Shown: piece by piece, positions 45,305-58,450 of the stretch
How positions within the stretch are numbered: the first letter of the stretch is position 1
Layout of the letters: each line of letters begins with the position of its first letter
Source of the DNA: the human T2T-CHM13v2.0 reference genome, Homo sapiens
DNA length: 64,000 nt
Reading direction: 5' to 3' (one strand)
Assembly: GCF_009914755.1 (NCBI RefSeq)
Contig: NC_060929.1
Translations under genes and position numbers: made by a program
Notes under the pieces: generated by a model
What the model was told of the DNA's origin: nothing
The model's input: the letters and a program-made list of their open reading frames with translations, nothing else
The model's database searches: none

Positions 45305-45892
45305 TGTATTAGTTAGCTTTTCCAATATAACAAATTATTCCAAATTTTAGTGCCTTAAAATAACAACCATTTATTTAGTTCAAAAGTCTGTGCTTTGATA
45401 ATTTAGATTGAATGAAGCTGAGAGTTTCTTCTGGTCTAGGCTGCCCTCACTCTTGTGTCTACCGTCAGCTGCCAAGTCTGTCGGGCTTTAGCTGATCCAG
45501 AATGGCCTCAGCTGGGATGACTCCTCTGCTCCATCTGGTCTCCTTGTCTCCAGCAAGTGAGCACAGGATTGTTCACATGACAGTTGGGCAGGGTTACAAG
45601 GAAGCAAGTGGAAGACAACAGAGCCTCTTGAGTTCCATGGTCAGAACTGGTACCACATCAATGCTGCCCCATCGTACTCATCAAAGCAAGGCATAAGGCC
45701 AGCCCAGATTCAAGGTATAAGAAAATAGCCTTCATATCTTTTTAAAACATATTCATTACTTCAAATACCTATCATTTTTTTTGTGTGTTGGGCACACTTA
45801 AAATCTATTCTCTTAGCAATTTGCAATCACATTGTAAAAGAGGTGAACACATGGAGAAAAATAATGGTGGCCATTTTTGCAAACAACCTGCC
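45305..45892 (-). mobile_element. MLT1 (F/G/H-like) MaLR LTR nested in an L2
   Basis: TGTATTAGTTAGC...AACAACCATTTATTTAG...GGCCAGCCCAGATTCAAGG...GGCCATTTTTGC; L2 3' end resumes ~45895-45995. Confidence 0.65.
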
Positions 45893-46621
45893 AAAAGATT
45901 TTACCTAGTTTTTTCACTGCTGTATCCCAAGTATGTAAAACAGTCACTGGCCCATCAGCATTCCAGAAATCTTAGTTGAATGAACAAATGAATTTTATGC
46001 CCATTACTCCTGAGTCAGAGCCTCTCCCATAAATTGCTCCTTCTCTGCAGTAAATACTTAGAATAAACTATATTTTTGGTGAATATTTGCAATTGAAGTC
46101 CTGTATCTACTGTTCTTTTAAAGTTAAAAATCAGCTTTCACCGTTTGATTTCTATCTTCTTTAGTTATTGCAAAGTCAGGCTAATTATTTCCAAAGACTA
46201 TGAAGCACACCATATTTCACAGGGTACTTCCTCTCCAAGGACTTTGGAGGAGTTTGAAAACACTTTCTCATCTCCGCAGCTATATAACAAAAGTGTGTCC
46301 TGTTATCTCCCCTGTCTTTTCCTCTCCCTTCTGCTCCCAGCCAGCTTTTTTCCCTTGCATTTCTTCAAAGATGAAACTAGCTTAGACACAACAGAACAAT
46401 CACTTTCCAATACAAAACAGCTCCTTGAATTACTGGCCTGGACAACGTTCTCAAAGGCAGGGCAATTGCGCGGGGTTATAGGCAGTTGGCATGATAATAC
46501 TTGGGATAGTGTCAGATATGGAAATGTCTGTGGATTCTACTCATTTCCCTATTCTTGCCATTGCCACATAAGCAAAGTAGATGGAAAAATAAAAGAAATT
46601 CACTGGATACATTAGCCTCAC

Positions 46622-46984
46622 TGCTATGGTCTGAAAGTTTGTGTCCCCCTAAAATGCAAGTGTTGAAACCTAATCACCAATGTAAAAGTATTACCAGGTG
46701 CAGTATTGGGGAGGTGATTAGGTCAGAAGGAAAGAGGCTTCATGAATGAGATTCATGCACTTATAAAAGAGGCTTCAGAGAGGTTCCTGTCGCTCTTGCC
46801 ATGGGAGGTTACAGAGAAAAGACAGCCATCTGTGAACAAGTTAGCAGTCCCTCACCAGACAACAAACCTGCTAGTACCTTGATTTTGGACTTCCCAGCCT
46901 CTACTACTGTCAAATACATTTCTGTTGTCTGTAAACTACCCAATTTATGGTATTTTGTTATAGCAGCCTGAACAGACTAAGACA
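46622..46984 (+). mobile_element. MLT1A0-like MaLR solo LTR
   Basis: TGCTATGGTCTGAA...GGACTTCCCAGCCTC...GGTATTTTGTTATAGCAGCCTGAACAGACTAAGACA. Confidence 0.85.
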
Positions 46985-48895
46985 CTAATGGATCTAGATT
47001 TTCTAGTAATATAAGGATCAAATAGGTCTCTTATGGTTCTTAATAAGCGAACTCAAACAGCAAAACTGATTTCCTCTGCTCTCCACTTACTTAACTAGAC
47101 AGACACAACCTTTAGGCTTCATGTACCATTCTTAATACACTACTTAACATGGTATTTTTGGGTTGCTCTTCCTGAAAGGCTGTTCTCTCTTGGAATTGTG
47201 CCCTCTTCAAAAAACATTAACATCCCCTACTAAAAAAGAAATTAATATTAATCAGGGAATTGATCCAATCATTATGTAGTAGCATTCCTCATATACTCAT
47301 CCAAATGGCAGATTGTTCTAATGCTGTGATATGTATTTATACCTTTTCAGCAGGCCCCTGCCATCTGGATTTGGAATTCTTTTAGCAGAAGACAAAGCCT
47401 TTTCATGTTTACCGATGAAGCTGCAAAAGGAAAGACCCACAGGAAAAACAATCCCTGACTTTCCCTTTCTGTCATTCGCCCAAATCTCCCTGGCTCAAAA
47501 CCTCATCAGCATCTTCTACTCCCTCTCTCTTCACATCCAGACACCAAGTCCTGCCAGTTCCTTCTTTGATGCATTTTTCATCATCTTACTTGTTTTCCAT
47601 TCCTTCTGCCAGCTTCCCATATTCAGGCCTTTATTGCTCTACACCTGCCTCATTGAAATCACCTCCAAAGAGAACACATCTGCTTTCGTTATTAGTGGTC
47701 TCCACTGGCTAAAACCACAGTTTCAGCTTTTTAACCTGGCATAAGTACCTCCATATACAATCTCTAGCACCTTTTTCTGTACTTAACACTACTCTGTGAA
47801 CCTTCTGCTTTAGCTAAAATGTTCTAATTGGTATTTCTAACCAGATCTGCTACTTCAAATTTAAGTGGCACATTATGTGTAAAAACCAGGTGGCAAAATT
47901 ATAAACATTATATAAGTTTGAATTTTTTGCCTTGTACCTACCCCTGGCCACCCTGTTGCAACTCTTTAATGGTTAATGATTCTCTCCTCATTCTGATGCT
48001 CTCCTCCTTACTCTGCTCAAAACTTTCTTCCTCTCATCTAGCCATTCCTTTGGCTTTAGACCCATCTTTTCCTCTCTCTTCCAAGACCCTTTCGGGTTAA
48101 TACAACACATGGGAGGTTTTGAGTCTGCATCTTTCTCAAGGATCAACATTTGCATAATCAACCCAGGCAATTAATCAACATCCAGCAATCAGATAGAAAT
48201 TTCATACTAGGCCCTCACTTGCCAGGAAGAAGGGATCAGGGTGTTTCCTGTCACCTCATAAGGAATGTCTGCCTTTTCATATTACCTCCCGTCGGCCCAG
48301 AGCTCAATCCTACATACAATATACAGCAATATACAGTGTTCTCTACCCACTCTTCCCTTCCCACTATGAGCCCACAGTGATCTTTGTCTTCTGAATTCTT
48401 ATAGAGCCAAACTCCTGTGATTCATCCTGTTTATATGACACTTTGACCCTGTCATGAGTAGTTACTTGGCCTTATCAGTTTATTTTTATATATTCAAATT
48501 GGTTGAAAACTACTTTAAGGTAACAACAGCATCTTATATTAATTTATAGTTTTATATTTCAATATTATCAAGCAGTAGCTGACACATGATCACTGAAAAT
48601 GGGTTAGTAGGGCTTCTTAGTCACACTGGAAGTGACTAGTAACTAACAATTCCTTCACTTAGTTGAGGTGTTGATAGAGGCCACAGGAAGGCCTGTAGAA
48701 AACAGAAAGCCATTGTCCCTAGAGGAAGAGATGCCAGAGGAAGGAGCAAGGGTCGAGAACAGTAATAGCCAAAATTCAACTGAAAAATGTGTCCAATTCA
48801 GCATTTTACTCAACATCAGGAACACATTTAGGTAACATGTTGAAAATGACAAACTTCAGATAGTTCTTATTCTATCAATTCCTCTAATTTTACTC

Positions 48896-49054
48896 TTTTT
48901 TTCTTTTTTGGAGATAGAGTCTTGCTCTGTCACCCAAGCTGGAGTGTAGTGGCGTGATCATAGCTCACTGTAACCTTGAACTCCTGGCGATCCTCCTGCT
49001 TCCCCTAGGCCTCAAAAAGTGTTGGGTTACAGGTAAGAGCCACCACTAGCACCC
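48896..49054 (-). mobile_element. Alu monomer (FRAM/FAM-like)
   Basis: T-tail, GAGATAGAGTCTTGCTCTGTCACCC...GATCATAGCTCACTG...TTACAGGTAAGAGCCACC; single arm only. Confidence 0.75.
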
Positions 49055-50027
49055 TGATTTTATTTTTCACTCTTGGGATAATATGTGTATGTACATACAT
49101 CGCCTGAACCAAGCTTCATGAGCTTCAGAGTGCTCTCTGCTCTGGCAATAATGGCCATGACCTTTGTTTACTGGAGGTTTACCCATGCTCACTTTGCCCT
49201 GCAGCCATCATTCTGACACCAGAAAGCAGCAGAATGAACAAACATAACAACAGAAACAAGAGGTGTTTTTGACTACTTAAGTAGGGAAATAATAGAGCAT
49301 AATAATTAATTTTAACATAGTAATACGTCATATATACAAAACCCTACTATGGAAGAAGACCCAGCCAGAAAATAAAATGCCCCTCTACTTTTAATTGATG
49401 AACCCCAAAACAATCAACTGTTTCTTTTGAAACAGGGGAGGTTATTTTCCTCCAGCTGAATGTTGCAGGGTAGACAGAGGAGGGATCTCAGCACCACCCA
49501 CTGTTTTAAAAAGGCAGATTGGACCCCTGTTGCTTTCCCCAGAGACTGTAGTTTTCCTCCATATATCTTCAATTCTGTCCATGTTAGAAAGAAACCTATA
49601 TGTTACCTGCAGGTGCCAGTCATAGAAAATGCATGGTTTTATGCCTAAATGATATGTGACTTTCTTTTTCCAGAGGCAGATTTTTTTTGAAAGAAATCAC
49701 CTATCTAGAATGAGTTTTACTGTTGAAAACTACACTTATTTCCCTAAGTCAGATCCCTGACCTGTAAAGAAGGATCTTCTTTTAATCACTGTATTTTTTA
49801 ACTTTAATTTTAAAATTATACAAATAAATACAAGTAGGTAGAGATTTTGAGTGAAATAAAGATGCATGTGTTACTGACATCAGTTAATTCTAGCATTACC
49901 ATTATTAAAGTCTTTTATTGTCACGAGGAAAAGTGAAGGCAATTTTGATGCATCAGCACTTTACCTTAGTATAAATACTTTAAAGTAAAAAGAAAGCATC
50001 AGGCACTCTTTTGAGATATGCAGCTAT

Positions 50028-50033
50028 TTTATT
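50028..50033 (-). terminator. Candidate distal polyadenylation signal of the HTR1A long 3'UTR
   Basis: AATAAA on the minus strand ~2.55 kb past the stop codon, at the end of a TE-free stretch; a further AATAAA at 49914-49919. Confidence 0.55.
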
Positions 50034-50308
50034 TCTCTAAATTCTCTATTGCCTTGACAATTATGCTCCAGTTGGATGTTCCTTCTCCATTCTTGTGTAA
50101 ATATTCCAAAGCCGAAAGAACAAATGTCCAAAAGTCATTGTCACACAATTCTGTAAAAGACACAAATAAATGGAAGTCTCAAAACTTCTAATGTAAAACT
50201 TGCTGGCCAAGACATAATTTGGATGAGCAAATTTGGGGTTTGGATTATTTTAAATATAGACTTTGTTCTTAAAATTTAGTGTAACATACAGAAAAACTTG
50301 GTTTCTGA

Positions 50309-50316
50309 TATGGCTT
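50309..50316 (-). promoter_or_regulatory. miR-135 8-mer seed match in the HTR1A 3'UTR
   Basis: Minus strand AAGCCATA is complementary to the miR-135 seed (AUGGCUU) plus A1; miR-135 regulation of Htr1a is established knowledge. Confidence 0.6.
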
Positions 50317-50553
50317 TACTTAGATTATGTGAGCAAAAATGAAACTGAATTATCAAATGAGTAATAGTTGTGCTGGAGAAGTCTATCTTATCTTCTTCAC
50401 TGCAGACCCTTCTCAGCATTATACATGCATAGACAAACTATTCCCAAAGTTCTAAAACTTTCCCTGTTTAGCTGGGATATGATGTCTACTTCCAGTTTAG
50501 AATACAGAAGCAGACACCAAAGGAAAGCTTTGTTCAGTCTGACAAACAATAAA

Positions 50554-50560
50554 ATGGCTT
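50554..50560 (-). promoter_or_regulatory. Second miR-135 seed match (7mer-m8)
   Basis: Minus strand AAGCCAT. Confidence 0.5.
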
Positions 50561-52210
50561 CAACTGACAGAGCTGTCCTTTCACTTTCTTAATTATAAAC
50601 AAATGAACTTTTCACTGGCAATTTTTGCAATCTGTAAATGTAATACGGTTCTCAAAACAGCAAATGAAAACATTCGAAAGGTACAGCTGAAGAGAGAAAA
50701 GAGTAGGGATCAATTACTTTGTGAATTTTCTGGAAAACAAGACCATTATTCATAAGAAAATTGGAGGCTAGATCAAACAATGACAAACCTCTAGATCTCC
50801 ATCATGTAGTTGGAAATTTACATCCAGAGTACCTAAATAACTTCCCTTTCTGGGGCAGCAAAGATTTTAACCAGTTTCTCGGCAGGAGTGGCAAGGCTTC
50901 AAGAATAACTGAAGGAGAGAAAGCCTGGAATGCTGCACAATTCAAAGGGCAAAAAGGTGGTTTCCGCAGACCCTTGGTACAGCAGAATGGTCACGCTAGG
51001 GAGCAATTAATCCCATAAAAGACTCAGCCTCCCCAGGAAGACCACCTCCTAACTAGTCCTTTAGGACCCTGCTATTTAAACTATCTGCCTGTTGTCACAG
51101 ATAGTGCTAACCTATGGACTATCTGGGCATTCCATTGAAAGCCCAGAATTCCTATTTGGAAAACAAAGTTCTGCTAACTTTGTGTCTTGGATGTCCTGTA
51201 AAGCAAATGCAGCGAGTGTTGGGACACGCTAAACAGAATTATTCCCCGATCCAAAAAGGACAAGAGCGTGAATTAGGAGGAAAAATTCTACATCGTAAGG
51301 ATAAAATTGCTCTTTCAGGTTTTACTGGGGGAGCCAGCTGGAGCCTTGGGCACGCGCGCCCTGGGGAACCTTTCCTCTTTGCCGCCCCTGCGTGTCGCCC
51401 CTTTAAAGCCTTCTTGGTCTCTCCAATCCCAAGAGTTCCGCGGCATCTTGCGCCACTGGCTAAGGCAAAAACCTCAGGTGTCTACCCGCGCTTCAGGGCG
51501 CCCCAGAGCGTAGGCGGAGGAACCCAGATCCTGTAAGTCAGCAGCCGGGAGCGCCTAGCGCGCTGCGAGAGCACAGATGGCTGGGGAGGCGCGCGGATTC
51601 CAGGCCTCTCAGCTTCCCCAGAGCGCAAACAGCGGCCGGCTGGCGCCTCCCGCAGTAAGTAAGTGGCGATGTCAGGTCGTACACACTCGCCAGCTACCTG
51701 TACAAACAGCGTCCGCTCTCTCCACTGTATGATTGTCAGTTTCTTTGGTGAGTGCTGACACCAAGGCAAGCATAAACAAAGTGGTCTGCACACCCTCCTC
51801 CTCCTTGCTCTCCCCCACTGGCCCGGCCTTGTACTTACAAGTCCACTCTAAAAGATACCTTCTAGCCACTTGCTTTGAGTCCAAGGAAACAAAGGAAATA
51901 GGGGTTGTGCACTGCACGAGAGAGTTAATCTCAAGTCTGCGAGAAGACGGGGAATCCCGGGGGCACCGCTGGCACGGGGAAAAGCAGCCTCTTCCGCCTC
52001 TCCGGACCAGCAGATTCGTGCATAAGGATGGGCGAGGGCAGAGAGGGAAGCAATGAAAAAAAGAAAAGATAAAAATGGGGAGAAAAAGGTGAATATTTCA
52101 AGGGCCACAGGGCGGGAGAGATGGAGCAAATTCCCAAACCTCAAGTCCAAGTTCTAGAAGTTGGGTGATGGGGTGGAGCCCCTTAGTGGGCGCGGCGGCT
52201 GTGTGTACAG

Positions 52211-52220
52211 TTTATTTATT
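52211..52220 (-). terminator. Candidate proximal polyadenylation signal of HTR1A
   Basis: Overlapping AATAAATAAA on the minus strand ~370 nt after the stop codon. Confidence 0.5.
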
Positions 52221-52585
52221 TTTTGGATTTTCTGCCTTGAACTAAGCATTAAACATCCACCGCAAAGATTTAGGAGATAGAAGAGAGAAGAGGCAATTAC
52301 TGGGATCAAAACTGATGATACAGGCGAAGTCTGAGCCAATGTCGCTTCTCACAAACTCTCTGAATTTCCTGGGCTCTCAACGCTCCTCCGCTGGGTCTCC
52401 TTTGCACAAAGGGCCCTGCCGTGGAGCAGGAAGTGGGGAGGGGACCAGGTCTGCAAGCCGTGAGCGGAGCAGAGAGAAAGAGGAGAAGTGGCGAATTATC
52501 TTAAGTGTTGATTCCCTAGGGTTGGGGGAAGCATAGTGAATGGGACGGATCCTGTAGCCTCGACTGGCCGGCTACTCCTCCGTCA

Positions 52586-53992
<1,407 letters not shown>

Positions 53993-54280
53993 TTACTGCT
54001 TCGGCGAAGGGTATCTCCGAGGAGCAGCTTTCAGGCGCTCCCTGGGCTCTCGCAGTCCAGCGCGTTCAGAAGCTCCAGCTGGGAAACTGGAGTTGGCCTG
54101 AAAGCAGCTCCAGGATCTCCCGGCGGCGGAGAGGTGGCTGGAACGTCTGTCTGTCGCTGTCCATTTTACTTTGCCGCTCCCGAACTGGCTGCCGGAGCTG
54201 GAGTCTCCCCACTAGCAAACAGTCTCCAATCCCAGAAATATCTAGAACCGAGAAGCCCCATCCTCCACGGTCACTCTGTG

Positions 54281-54543
54281 ACCCTCCTCTCCCTATTTCC
54301 TTCCTTCCCTCTCTCCCCCTCTCTCCTCCTCTCTTCTCTCTCTTCTGCCTCTTTCGTCCCCCTTCTCCCCACCTGCCTTCCCTTTCAGTCTCCCTCTTCC
54401 TCCTCACTTCCCTTTATTTATCCCTCTGTGAGTCGCTTCGAAAGCCAGGCTCCTTCCCTCCCACTCTAACCCTCCCCTCCTAATACTTCCCCAACCCCGA
54501 GGAGTGCCTCTTTCCTCTGGGTCCCCGCCCTCCTCTCCCTCTA
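54281..54543. promoter_or_regulatory. Polypyrimidine/polypurine promoter tract with MAZ/Sp1-type boxes
   Basis: ~260 bp mostly C/T on the plus strand; CCCCGCCC at 54523-54530; CCCTCCC repeats; no obvious TATA box. Confidence 0.75.
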
Positions 54544-54851
54544 GCTCAGCGTCTTTGCATTCGAGTCTCTTTTTGTCAACAGAGACTCAGAACTCACTTA
54601 CACACACCAGATCCCTGCCGGTCAGACCAAGGTTGTAACAAATAAACTCCGCCTCCAACCCAGCAAAACTGGGGTTGGAAAAACTTGGGGGAGGGAATTC
54701 CAACTACTCCTTGCCTCATATTATCTGCCAAATTCTTAAATCGTGTCAGCATCCCAGAGTGGCAATAGGAGATGAGAAAAGGAAGCATAGGGAGCCTGAA
54801 TGGGAAGGTGAACAGTCCTGGGTCAGTCTCCCAATTATTGCTAATTGATGG

Positions 54852-54875
54852 AAGAAGACCGAGTGTGTCTTCCTT
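54852..54875 (-). promoter_or_regulatory. C(-1019)G (rs6295) imperfect palindrome, DEAF1/HES site; G allele present
   Basis: Gene strand AAGGAAGACACACTCGGTCTTCTT; arms GAAGAC (54854-54859) and GTCTTC (54867-54872); position 54873 is exactly -1019 from the ATG and is G on the gene strand. Confidence 0.9.
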
Positions 54876-54896
54876 TTTAAAAAGCTACCTCCGTTC

Positions 54897-54980
54897 TCGC
54901 GCCATTGCACTCCAGCCTGGGCGACAGAGCGAGACTCCGTCTCCAAAAACAAACGAACAACGACGACAACAACAACAAAA
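54897..54980 (+). mobile_element. Extremely 5'-truncated Alu (47-bp 3' end plus A/C-rich tail) with TSD
   Basis: TCGCGCCATTGCACTCCAGCCTGGGCGACAGAGCGAGACTCCGTCTC plus tail; TACCTCCGTT at 54886-54895 and 54984-54993. Confidence 0.9.
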
Positions 54981-55403
54981 CGGTACCTCCGTTATCATCT
55001 AACAGTCCAGCCTTACTCCCTCAGGGAGAATATTGCCTGTGACTTTTTTTTTAACGTTGGGGAACCGGGAGAGAACGAAATTATAAAGGACGTGTCAAAG
55101 GACAAGGAGAGGTAAACAACTGCATCTCGAAATGAAGAACAAAACTCAGTGTGATATATATTCTAAACACACACACACTTTTCCATCACTACTACACTTG
55201 TAATTTCAGTGACACTGCCACTTCCCATAGCTTTGTGGCTAGTAAATTCAGGGATGGAAATATTTTGCATATGTGTTCTAAGTGAAGCCTGGCATTTCAC
55301 ATGGCCTTTTGCACTTCTTACCAGAGCCTGCAAACCTCTGGGGGAAACTTGGTGGAATCCCGGTTCGCTAGCCGGCTAGCCTCTCTTAATCTCAGAAACT
55401 GGG

Positions 55404-55424
55404 TTCAGCACCTGGGACAGTTCT
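55404..55424 (+). promoter_or_regulatory. RE1/NRSE (REST site), -1550 to -1570
   Basis: TTCAGCACCTGGGACAGTTCT versus consensus TTCAGCACCACGGACAGCGCC. Confidence 0.88.
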
Positions 55425-55478
55425 AAGCAATGAGGTTTTATGTCGCCACCTTCTGGCAAATGTTTTAGAGTGCCATCT
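55419..55478 (-). promoter_or_regulatory. Tandem dual repressor elements (3'-DRE and 5'-DRE; Freud-1/CC2D1A and Freud-2/CC2D1B sites)
   Basis: Gene strand AGATGGCACTCTAAAACATTTGCCAGA then AGGTGGCGACATAAAACCTCATTGCTTAGAACT, two related units at -1624 to -1565; matches the recalled human DRE sequences. Confidence 0.75.
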
Positions 55479-58299
55479 GGAAACCCTTATGCAGAAATGA
55501 AGCAAGTATTGAGGAAATACAACAACTTTTAGAAAGAGGAAGACAGTTATTAAAAGACAAGGTAGTATTGAGTTTTGTCTCCTTCCTATTTTCTTTAAAA
55601 ATTTATTTTAGTGCCCTCTTTTGCTCTGAACCTTATATATCAGGCCTATTATATGTTTTAGCTTCCTTCGAAAGCCTGAAGTATCTGTCATTCACAAGTT
55701 CTAACTGGGAATGCCATTTTAATAAAGCTAGGCTAACACTTTCACCTGTGTTGGTTTTGTGCTGTCATAACCTGAACTTTGGAACTGACATAAATTTACC
55801 TTTTGTTGGAGAAACGAATAGTATTGCATTTTCCAAATGATTTAACATTTGGAAATGTTAAATCACTGAAAATAAAGATACTTACAAGGGTTTGTTCTAA
55901 GCTGTTTCCTTTAACAAGAAAAACAAATTTAATCACATTTGAGCATTGGTAAAGAATGGGACTTCTAAGCAACTACAGTAAACATACCACACAACATTTC
56001 ACTTATACATCCTGATTGCATGCCTGAGGTGAAAGGAATGCAATCTCAAAAGCAGTTGACACTGGATAACATGAACAGATTCACTACAGATTGCAATAAT
56101 CTTAATATTGTGTTCAAATCTGAGCTCTGAATTTCATAGCTCTGAATTCTCCAAGCCCAAACAAAAGAGCAATCACCAAAGCATCAAAAAGAATCCAGTT
56201 GGGCCAATGCATTACAATACAGGACAGTGTGTTTGGATAAGGTTTTGTTTGTTTTTTTTTTTTATAGTTCAGTGCTGGGCACAGTTCCCACTCAATCATT
56301 TCAGCATGCCACCACAATGAGCCTGCCATTTGTGATGATTCATGGCATTGAAAAGAAAGAGATAAGTATACATGGTAATGCTGTTTACAGACTCTGAAGA
56401 AGTCTTTTTAAGATTTGTGAAGGTATCTATTTCCACTTCTAAAGTCTCTTCACAAATACAGAACTATATTTACAGTTAAAATAGAGTTAGAGGTCCAAAA
56501 ATTATAATGGGAAAATATTTAAAAGCTGAATTATCTAAAATTAAACTTTGAAATTATAGTTGAGACTATAAACAAAGTAAAATAAAGGAAACTTAAAATT
56601 TAAGAAGCAAATATATGCATATCAAGAACATAATTAAGAATTGTGTCAAACAACACATGTAAATATGTAAATCACAAATAAATCAATAAATATGTTAGTT
56701 AGAATTCTGCTTTCATCTGTTGGATCCCAAATAGTTTAATAACTGACAAATTTATTTTTTCTCATCAAGAAAGTTAAAATGCTGTAAAATCTGGAATTAA
56801 TATTCCTGAGGTATAGCATTTGTTATTCTGCTTCAATATGCTATGATGTAGAATTTATCAAAGTTTTTAAAAATCCAAAGTAATTCAAGTTTTTTCTTAG
56901 TAATAATATACATAATATATCAAACATTTTATTTCTTACAATTTAAAAGTTTTTAAAGGCACACTTATGAATACTAGGAGGGAAACAGAAGTATGAAAGT
57001 ATGCAGCACTGACTATGGTTCCATAGTCTGCAAGTGACTAATAGATATTTATGTTTAACTTTTTAAAACTAATAATACTGTGATATATAATAAATGATAT
57101 ATGCAGAATGATATTGCGTTTCTTCATTTTCACTTAGCCAATTCTTCTATGTTTAACTCTTAAAGATACAGAATACCAAATATTTCTTAAGTAAATGCTG
57201 CAAACCAAAGCTCCTGCATAAAGAGATGAGCTCTTATTCTTCAAGGCCTCTAAAGTTAACCTAAAGAAAAGCAAGCTTTATAACGGATATTATTGATGAT
57301 ATCATTTGAAAAGAAAAATTCTAGTCATTCTGCCTTTATTCCTTTTTGAATTTACTAGATGCCAGCATAAACTTGTCAGGTTATGAATTTAGGGTATGAT
57401 ATATCATCCATCATGTGAAATTTCTCTAAAATAGTTTTAAAAAGATAAATATTTTTAACATTTTCACAGGAAATTTGATACACACCCAGCATTTCAATGT
57501 AATTCCTTGACCAGGGACACAAACTAAAAAGATTTAAGCTGAAGTTTTGCTGTGAACCTTGAAGCCCTATCATTACTGAAGGCTGATGGTTGGAGTTTCT
57601 CAGTAATTGGTATGTTTGTCCATTATCCCCAAACTACGGCTGAATTGTTTTTATTACTGAAGAAAGAATCTATACAGTAAAGAGTTGAATATTTGCTTAT
57701 GAGATTATAAAAGTTGTTTCTAAAAGCTCCTACTGAAAAAAAAGTTTTTACTTTTTTTTCATGTAATTGAAATTAGAATCAATTATTTTGTTAGGTTAAA
57801 AATATTATTCTAAATTTAATTCTTCCCAATCCCCAAATACTGTAGCAGTAGGGCAATTGTGTTTTGTTCAGAACTATGAATTTTGATTGGAAATGACTAG
57901 GAGAAACAACTTATAGGAAATTTTCCTTACATAATTTGGGAAATGTGGTCTTCTGATTATCACTGAAAAGATTCAAGAAATGCAACCAAAATGCCAAGAA
58001 AATAATTTTTCTTTAAAACAACACGGTTTGTTTTTGTATTGTTTTCTTGACTTTTTTGTTGTGTTTTGCTTTTTTCTTATCTAATCCTCACCATTTACCT
58101 TCTCTAATAATATCATTTCTTCACTGCTTTTTATCCCTGTCAGGCACTTGCAGGCCTGGAATTGCACTGGGTTTTCAATGATAAAACACAAACATTGGAA
58201 GCTTCAATCTCTGCTTTTGAGAATTGTATGGTTGACTTAGTGCAGTGAGTACACATACTAAAAGCACAGTACATAAAGAGTGAAAAATATAACATGTGT

Positions 58300-58450
58300 T
58301 CACTATGTGTGTGACTTGAACAAATTAATTAACCCTCTTATTTCCTCAGTAATAAAACGAGTGTAATAATAGACTTGTGAAGATTAAACCATTTAACACA
58401 TTTCACTGGCTCATAATAAACACACAATAATGATTAAACAATAATAGTAA
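58300..58450 (+). mobile_element. MIR fragment
   Basis: TGTGTGACTTGAACAAATTAATTAACCCTCT...TTTCCTCA...TTGTGAAGATTAAA. Confidence 0.6.

Noticed and set aside
46145-46615. 156-aa ORF in unique sequence
   Set aside because: TTG start, no recognisable motif or codon bias; length within chance expectation
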